From positions 4,588,001-4,652,000 of the forward strand of contig NC_043009.1 in assembly GCF_006345805.1 (NCBI RefSeq): a DNA stretch of 64,000 nt, in the 5' to 3' direction. Shown in pieces: positions 55,386 through 64,000 of this stretch. Source of the DNA: Octopus sinensis. Lineage: Eukaryota. Made by a program: the position numbers and the translations under genes. The notes beneath the pieces are model-generated. The model saw only the letters and a program-made list of their open reading frames with translations. It made no database searches and was not told the origin of the DNA. Within the stretch, counting starts at the first letter, position 1. Every line of letters begins with the position of its first letter.

Positions 55386-58231
55386 TTATAGAATATATAT
55401 GTATATATATGTATATGTATATATATTATATATGTGTAATTAGATATATATATTATATATATATATATATATCTAGTATATACTATATACAATTATCTAT
55501 TGTACAATAGATATATATATATATATATAATGTATATACATATACATATATTATACATATATATATATATATGATATAGATATATGTTATATATATATAT
55601 AATATATATTATATATATATATATATATAGATATATAATAATGTGTGTGTATGTATAATATGTATGTATGTGTGTATATTATATATAAAATATAATATAT
55701 ATGTCATATATATATAGTGTGTATATATAACATATATGTACATTGTATGTATACGAAGATTCATTTGTATACACAATGAGGTTCTGAGGAAGTTTTTGAG
55801 TTTTTCCGCTTCTGAAAAACCAACAACAATATGCAAACAATATTATATCAGCAAGGAGATACAAGTGAATCTGTAAATAATTAATAAAAAATATATAACT
55901 ATATGTATCTAATTAATTACTCTCAGTCATATAAGTTCTAGTTTAGATTAGACGCAGATCGAAACCTGAACTTCTTTCTGCTTTCCCATTGTGAGAATAA
56001 TACCATACAAAATACTGCTACGTTGCGCATTAGTTTCAAGTTTTAGACAACAAGCATGAAAAAGAATGAAGAATTGAGTTAATATCGATTCTGTGAGCAT
56101 TGTCTTCTATATAAAGCCATCAAATGGTAATAGATGACCAATAATCCATAAAGATTGACCGCCATTTTCCAAGTCCTTTCTACGCATGTTCAACGCGTTC
56201 TCAGTTGTTGTTCGCCAAAAAAAAAAAAAAAAAAAGAAAAAAATAAAAGAAAAAAGAATGATACTAATAAATAAATAACTAAAGCAGAAATAAAATAATA
56301 TAAAACGAAGCTATGCAATCAGCTACAATATTGAGATTACTGCTTAAGTATCATGCCGCGCTCTTTGAAATAATCAATATTGATGCTATCATAAAATGCA
56401 ATGGAAATAATATGTGAATCGTTCCCCAAAAAGCAAATGACGCTACAACGCCGTGATCATTATTATATTATATTATATTATTATTATTATTAGCATCGTC
56501 ATTATTAATAATACCATTATTATTACTTTGGTGCTTTAACAAGTTTTTTCTTCTCATGTCGATGTTTATTGCCTTTCCAAAGGAAAGATTTATGTTCAAC
56601 ACAAATCTACTAATGCAGGTTGCTTAATATCAGTTTGTTTTGAATTAAGGACAAATGTCCAGTGTTTTAAGTGAAAGACGAATGGAAACGCACGTCGTTC
56701 ACGCTTTTATAGTGATGCATTATTAGCGCATGTCTAGTGATATCACTTAAACTAAGGATAGAAACCGCATCAGTGTTTCATACCAGTGAGAACGGTAAAA
56801 GATATTCCACGAATTGAGAACAGGATTCTAAATGTCTCCTATAAGTTTCAAGTGTAATGAAACCTTATAGTAGGTGCCTTGGATGGATACAGCTTCATAA
56901 TTACGATCTCAATTATTCAGTATGAAGTATTGTCATAGACATGGGTATAGAAATGTGAGAATGGAAAAAAAATCGGTTCTCCTGGCAGGGTGAGAAGTTC
57001 CCAGAACTGCTTCAACAGGAGCAGAGTGAGATTCGCTGAATACACCCAATTTGCCAGTGGTCTGTCATCTTGTAGACAGCAGACTTATTCCATCCGACGA
57101 ACAAAGTTTGTGATCTCTCACCTCTCCACAGATTTAGTCCGCCCAACGAACTAAGTCTACAATCCCAGGAAGGTCGTAGCAGGAAATGAACTCAGAACTC
57201 AAAGGCCTGGAAAAATACTACAAAGTATCTAGTCAAGTTTTCTTGTAATTTCCCCATCTCCTACCCTGGGTTAATACATATTTTTATCAATCCCAAAAGG
57301 ATGAAAAGCTATTTTGACCTGGATGTGATTTGCAAGTCAGAATGAATTAGGCAAGGAATTCTCCCCAACCTCTAACGACTGTCACCTCGCCTAGTGCATT
57401 GCGTTAGCAACTTTATCACTGACTTTCAGCAGCTTTAGGAAATATATTCTGCTGTTACTGTTCCTTTCACTCCGTTTTCTTTTATCTGTTTTGGCCAGTT
57501 TTACATTCAGGCATTTTGTATCGCATAGAATTTTGGATAGCCTTTCTCTTTTACAAATACATTTTGTAGATAGTTTCTACCTACTACTACGCTGCAAATG
57601 TTTATACGAGAAATCTCAGTATGTGAATTGGTTTGACACTCGTTGGTAGGGACAATATACAATGAATAAACAGTTTATTGTTCGCAGCTTTTTTATAAAA
57701 ATTGGCTTTAAAGAATTACCACTCTACGATATTTGTTATGAAAATTCATCGTAGAGAGAGAGAGAGAGAGAGGATGAAAGAAGGATAGAGTGTGTGTCAT
57801 TGTGATGTTTAATTTCGTCAAGTGGCAAAAGAATTTTTGGCCTACATTTGTTTCTGAATTAATCTCTTCAATTATCGTTCGTCCCGGATATTCCGAGCAC
57901 TTCACAGTTGCAGCCCCATATATTTCGTAAGAAAGATTTGATACCATACACTCACATACACACACACGGGGGGGGGGGTGTAAAAAGTTCATGGTTTTTA
58001 AGGTATCGCGAAGGCCTGATTGGAGGCCCAACATTACGATTTCTTTTACAAGGATTAGAAAAACTGAAAGACTGCTGCGATAATTGTGTGAAACAGAGAG
58101 GAATATGTTGAATACATTCATAATTAACTGATCTTCCTGTATTTTTCTTTTACCCAAAGCCAGGAAGTTTTCAACCGGTGATGATTAAACATTCTGTGGA
58201 TAATTTATAATATTTCACCGTGTATTGGCTA

Positions 58232-58324
58232 AAGAAAATAGCCTAATATTGGGGGTATATAAGCTCTCGGACCATTTTCTTTTCAGTCGAGGGCGTATAT
58301 GCCCCAATATTAGACTATTTTCTT
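58232..58324. repeat. Inverted repeat, about 28-bp stem
   Basis: aagaaaatagcctaatattgggggtatat ... atatgccccaatattagactattttctt. Confidence 0.8.
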
Positions 58325-58377
58325 AAGACTGTGAATACTTATAATGTTAAAGTCTATAATTATTTACAGATTATATA

Positions 58378-58699
58378 TATATACATATTAGAGAGAAGAC
58401 ACTATGTGGACACCCTTATGCTAGAAATAGATCCGCTATGGTATTACCACTAAATAATGTTCTCTAGAAAAATTTAGCAAAACAACCAAAACGTAATCGA
58501 GCAAGACAAAAGAAAAAGTAATAAAAAGAGGGATTATTCGCATACATGTTCGACTATTAACATATTACGTAATTTTACTTACATAAATATTTTACTTGCA
58601 TAAATTTTTCTTGAGAATATTTCTGAGTTGTAAAACCATAGCGGATCTATTTCTAGCGTAAGGGTATCCACATAGTGGTTTCCCTCTAATATGTATATA
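58378..58699. mobile_element. Fold-back element / MITE with long (about 70-110 bp) terminal inverted repeats in a TA context
   Basis: Left arm tatatacatattagagagaagacactatgtggacacccttatgctagaaatagatccgctatgg matches the reverse complement of the right arm ccatagcggatctatttctagcgtaagggtatccacatagtggtttccctctaatatgtatata. Confidence 0.75.
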
Positions 58700-58871
58700 A
58701 TACAATTTTTACTGAAACTTCAGCTTTTTTATATGCTAGACCACTGGTGTGAAATCGATGTTAATTAAATTAATATCTAATTTCTCACACTCATTTAAAA
58801 TTTATATATGTATATATAATACACTTTTTAAGCTTGATAATCTAATAATTCTTTCAAACTTTCTCTTGCAG

Positions 58872-58936
58872 TGTATCAAAGTACCAATGCGTGAAAATTG
58901 AACTGATTGCTCGGTCATTCTTCAAAATGGTTATAG
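58872..58936 (+). CDS. Exon E: (C)VSKYQCVKIELIARSFFKMVI(G)
   Basis: Acceptor ctttctcttgcAG (58870-58871); donor GTatgt at 58937; its first base T completes the TG of exon D to give Cys; ends phase 1. Confidence 0.85.
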
Positions 58937-59791
58937 GTATGTATATCCTGTTGCCTATACACACATCCAGTCGCTGTATCATTATATTTATTCGTGTATG
59001 TTTGTTGTGTGTGTGTAAGCGGCTGCTTCCCAACTACATTTGTGCACACAGACACCTGCTTGTATAATTTTGTTTGTATATAGCATGGTGTCTGTTTGTA
59101 TTAATGTATTAACCTTTTTACACCTTCTTTATTATACATCACATTTTTTTATCGCGGTATCTGTAAATACATTTTTAGAATATAGACATTTTCGCTTTTA
59201 ATATTTAAATAAGTAAAACCAATATAATTCAACAATAACACTCGAATACATCATATCTTTCATGTTAAAGACGATATGGATGTGCAAGTCAACTGGTACC
59301 GTTAAAAACTTTGCAAATCATGGGGAAAGCCTTATTTATTTTTCCTTAATTTAAGCTATCGTTTCAAATCTCTAATTTTATTTTTCCGAATGTTCTACAT
59401 TATTTCATTATAGAAATTTACCCAGTGGCAGTATATATTGAAGACAGAAAATTATTATAATTAGATGAACGATTCCTTTGGTGAATAACGCAACTACTTT
59501 CTTCTGACAATATTATCAGAGCAAATTTGTAATAAAATGTTGTCGAAACGAATTAACGGTTGCGTTTCAAAGGCAATCACACTTTAATGAAAATTTAGTA
59601 TTAAATTAAAACCAGTAATGTTTGCAAATGTCTCACTGGTAGAAACTTAGATATCACTTTAATACAGAACACTGTAATCAAGTATCCTACTGTTACTTTA
59701 TCAATCAACGATGAACAGCAAGTCGACATGGGATCATCTACGCAGTTCTTCAGCATGCTGGATATAGCAGTTAAATTTACTTCTTTTTTGC

Positions 59792-60004
59792 TCTCTTTAT
59801 TGCCCACAAGGTGCTAAACATAGAGGGGACAAACAAGGACAGACAAAGGGATTAAGTCGATTACATAGAATCCAGTGCGTAACTGGTACTTAATTTATCC
59901 ACCCAAAGGCGACCTCGGCGGAATTTGAACTCAGAACGTAACGGACGACGAAATACGGCTACGCATTTCGCCCGGCGTGCTAACGTTTCTGCCAGCTCGC
60001 CGCC
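59792..60004 (-). mobile_element. SINE family A
   Basis: Near full-length copy with a small internal deletion. Confidence 0.85.
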
Positions 60005-60292
60005 TTACATTAAAATTTCCTTCTTATCAAACCTCACCGTTTTAAGAAAAGAAATAGGTTATTTCTATTGAGGCCGAGTCGGGGTGGAAGCGTAGCAAGG
60101 GTGGTGAATGAGGGAAAGCTCTACCCCATGCGATGCTGTATAGGAGCAGTACTTTTAGGTATAATGTATAAGCCTGTATAGGCTGAGGTTGAGAGGCGGC
60201 AAACTCAAAGGCTGCCCGGATGTCACATTCTCTTGGTAAACAACAACAGCAACAAATACGATAATACTATAAGTGTCTGTGGAATTGTATAC

Positions 60293-60498
60293 TCTTTCAC
60301 TTGTCTCAGTCATTTGACTGCAGCCATGCTGGAGCACCGCCTTAAGTCGAGCAAATTGACCCCAGGACTTATTCTTTGTAAGCCTATATTATTCTATCGG
60401 TTACCTTTGCCGAGCCGATAGGTTACGGGGACTTAAACACATCAGCATCGGTTGTCAAGCGATATTGGGGAGACAAACACAGAATCACAGATATATAT

Positions 60499-60546
<48 letters not shown>

Positions 60547-60733
60547 CATACATACATATATATGCATACGACAGGCGCGTTCTTTCAGTTTCCGTCTACC
60601 AAATCACTCACAAGGCTTTGGTCGGCCCGAGGTTATAGTAGAAGTCACTTGCCCAAGGTGCCACGCAGTGGGACTGAACCCGGAACCATGTGGTTGGTAA
60701 GCAAACTACTTACCACACAGCCACTCCTGCGCC
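60293..60733 (-). mobile_element. SINE family B, full length
   Basis: Complete head, internal microsatellite and tail. Confidence 0.88.
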
Positions 60734-61190
60734 TATATGATATGTATATGTATTAAATTTTGTAAACATGAATATTTATTACATCAGTAGGAATAAACAA
60801 TATAATTATTTTAGATAACACGCTGTATTCTCATTTGGAAATGAAACGGACTATCAATACAAATGAACATACACATGCACACACACACTTATAAGTATCT
60901 GTATGCTCATTCATATTTATTTTCCATTGAAGTACATTCAATAACTTGTCAATACTTATGCTATGGTAATGTTATCTAATTCAATAGACCATGTTGTATT
61001 GATACGTGTTTTATTTCCCGTGAAATATTACACTCTGAAACAAAAGGGATTGATAGTTTTAATGTCATGGTATACTGAAATGTTTTGTCCTATAGATAAG
61101 ATTTTACTGTTAGATACAAGTTCATTCCGCATTGAGAAACTACACAAGAAACATATTGTTGTTGCTATTAATATTATTAATATCATTAAC

Positions 61191-61672
61191 GCGGCGAGCT
61201 GGCAGAATCGTTAGCAGAACGGGCGAAATGCTCAGCGGTATTTCGTCTGCAGCTACGTTCTGAGTTCAAATTCCGCCGAGATAGACTTTGCCTTTCATCC
61301 TTTCGGGGTCGAAAAATTAAGTACCAGTTATGCGCTGGTGTCGATATAATCGACTAAAATCCGTTTGTCTGTCCTTGTTTGTCCTCTCTGTGTTTAGCCC
61401 TTTGTGGATAGTAAAGAAATAGGTATTTCGTCTGCCGCTACGTTCTGAGTTCAAATTCTGCTGAGGTGGACTTTGCCTTTCATCCTTTCAGGGTCGATTA
61501 AATGAGTACCATTTACACACTGGGGTCGATATAATCGACTTAATCCGTTTGTCTGTCCTTGTTTGTCCTCTCTGTGTTTAGCCCCTTCTGGGTAGTAAAG
61601 AAATAGGTATTTTGCCAATCTTTACGTTCTGATTTCATATTCCGCCGGTGTTGACTTTGCTTTTCATCCTCC
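61191..61672 (+). mobile_element. SINE family A trimer (full plus two 5'-truncated units)
   Basis: Junction aaagaaataggtatt occurs twice (about 61420 and 61605). Confidence 0.88.
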
Positions 61673-62613
61673 AATTAATTTCGGCTTGACAAAGCTTTGC
61701 ACACAACAGCAAATATATTGTTTGCTGTATATATTAGAATGGCAGTTCTTAATGAGCCGTGACAGAAGAATTTGGTCTATGTAGATGATGAAGCATAGCA
61801 ATGTTGAAACACGTGTCATACAGACTTATGGTATCATCCTTGGTCCAACTTCATTTTTTAAAAATTTTGTGTGCACATTGTCTATGAGGAGAATCTCTCT
61901 CCTGAGAGAGTTTCCTTAGTGAATAAAGTCCATTCTACCTTTGATTATACACGCCTATATTTTAATCATCAATAGTTAGTACACCTCTAACAAACACACA
62001 CAATCAAACACGCACTCATATTAATATATATATATTATTTCATGTATAGAATAACAATAAGAGCTACAGATAATTTCTTGCTATGAAGACACGTGGCTAG
62101 GTAGGAGTTTATAATGCGATTTGTGTCTCCAAGCAATCTTGAGACTCTGAACCTTTGAAAATCAAGAGGCTGGTACATGAGAGACCAGCGTTCTATTTTC
62201 AAATAGAACAGGTCATGTGCTCAGAACTTGAATCTGTCTAGCCAGGTTTCTTCGTGACAAGAAACCATAAGTAGCTCACACCTCCATACCTTAAATGATA
62301 TTTATCGCCCCTGACTGAATGGAGTAAATTTTTGTTGATCTTACCTTAACGAAACTGTAAACTATGAATATGCATATGTATTGGATCATCCCATTAATAA
62401 TGCAGTTATATATATATAGTTGTTCATGTTATTGATGTGGTATATCAGTGCGATGCATCGAAATTATTGTAAGACTTAAATAAAGGTGCTTGAAATTCAT
62501 TTTATTCTCTAATAGATATTTTCAATGTCCTAACAACCGGTTAATCACATATCATTTATTATCCTGCGACATACGACCATAAGCATTCCATCCGTTCCCT
62601 GACTATCCTTCTT

Positions 62614-62675
<62 letters not shown>

Positions 62676-62754
62676 ATGCACAGCAAGCTTTTCGACAAAC
62701 GCTCACGAGGAGCCCATGGAATGCTGTGCATTTTGTTGGAGATTAAGTTCCTGG

Positions 62755-62785
<31 letters not shown>

Positions 62786-62810
62786 GTGTGTGTGTGTGAG
62801 TATATCTATA

Positions 62811-62868
<58 letters not shown>

Positions 62869-64000
62869 CCTTATTGAAGTGTATATAAAACACACTTTTG
62901 TTTCCTAGTAACTGTCCCATAAATTACCCTGTAAATTTGGGCTTCCCATACGTCTTAATGCATATTTATTTCCTGAATATGCGCAGCTGAAATTTGGGTC
63001 TAATATGTTTGTTCGCCTTTTATGTAAGTAAATACGGTATTATAACAGATATCCTAGCCATGACCATCCTGTTCAATGTAGTTTCTCCATTTTCAAGTGA
63101 GTAGTGTGTGATTGGAGGGATATTTTTTTCTGCGATGTCTATTGAGTCAGTTGACTCTGCAATGGACTCTCTATCGACTGAAAGTGTTAAATGTCTCATC
63201 TACTGAGAATAGTAGTTATCGGTTTCACTTTACACAGACATTAGTCGGCACAATTTCGTAACCATTTTTCGATTCCGCAATCTTGACCAATATTGCTTTT
63301 CGAATACTTCTTGCACATATACAACTTAAACACTTATTCTGATAATTCAGAAAGTAGAACAATAATATTATCTAATTTGTGAATTTCCCTTTGGTCTTTT
63401 ATGAAATTTTCTGGAGATCTCTGTAAAAGCCATCCACAGGAGACATATAATTTGCATACAAAACTAAAGTGATAAATGTTTTATCGGCCTTCATGTGTAT
63501 GCAACTGTTGACAATAATAAAACGTTAAAGTTCGCAGTAATATCAAGTTACTGCGACTCTCGACAGTTATATTTCCTTACCATCAACTATAATATTTAAA
63601 ACGGAATGTTAGCAGTAAACTTTATATGCATACCACTCTCCTGAGTATATGCTATTAATTTTTAGTCACGTTCTGGTGACCGCAGTATATAGCACGAGGC
63701 AAAAATCATAGCGAGTAGTTAAAAGTAAGACATACTTTCGTTTTACTTTCAGTATATTTACTTCGGCAGCAGAAAGAGCGGATCTCATGTCCTACGTATG
63801 AGTTTACTAATGGTTTCTCAATATATTACTGCATTCACAGATTCTTAGTACACTCACAGATTTATGAAAATTCTTATATACTTTTTTTATTCATATTCCA
63901 ATATAAGCGCAGGTATGGCTGTGTGGTTGAGAAGTTTGTTTTCCGACCAGTACCCTAACCAAGCGTCATTTCCTGCAGTCCCAACCCAACTAAAACCTTG

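Overview
AT-rich, microsatellite-laden animal genomic DNA. The SINE families and repeat landscape resemble Octopus as I recall them (inference, no search run). The window lies inside one large + strand gene. Five phase-compatible GT-AG exons (4952-5122, 10778-10884, 28190-28298, 42247-42550, 58872-58936; 756 nt, about 252 aa, open at both ends) encode a Cys-rich, probably extracellular protein resembling the uncharacterised invertebrate DUF7042/DUF7043-type family. The introns hold three tRNA-derived SINE families, four copies of a roughly 410-bp MITE with 8-bp target-site duplications, a decayed RTE-type LINE mosaic, fold-back elements and many microsatellites. The most striking feature is a roughly 440-bp head-to-tail array at 38101-39256. 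Each full monomer carries a type I hammerhead ribozyme motif on the minus strand, and an inverted tail starts inside the ribozyme core. This is the architecture of a non-LTR retrozyme (candidate circRNA-producing retroelement). A degenerate Penelope-type minimal hammerhead lies about 150 bp away. Most ORFs in the supplied track are simple-repeat artefacts.
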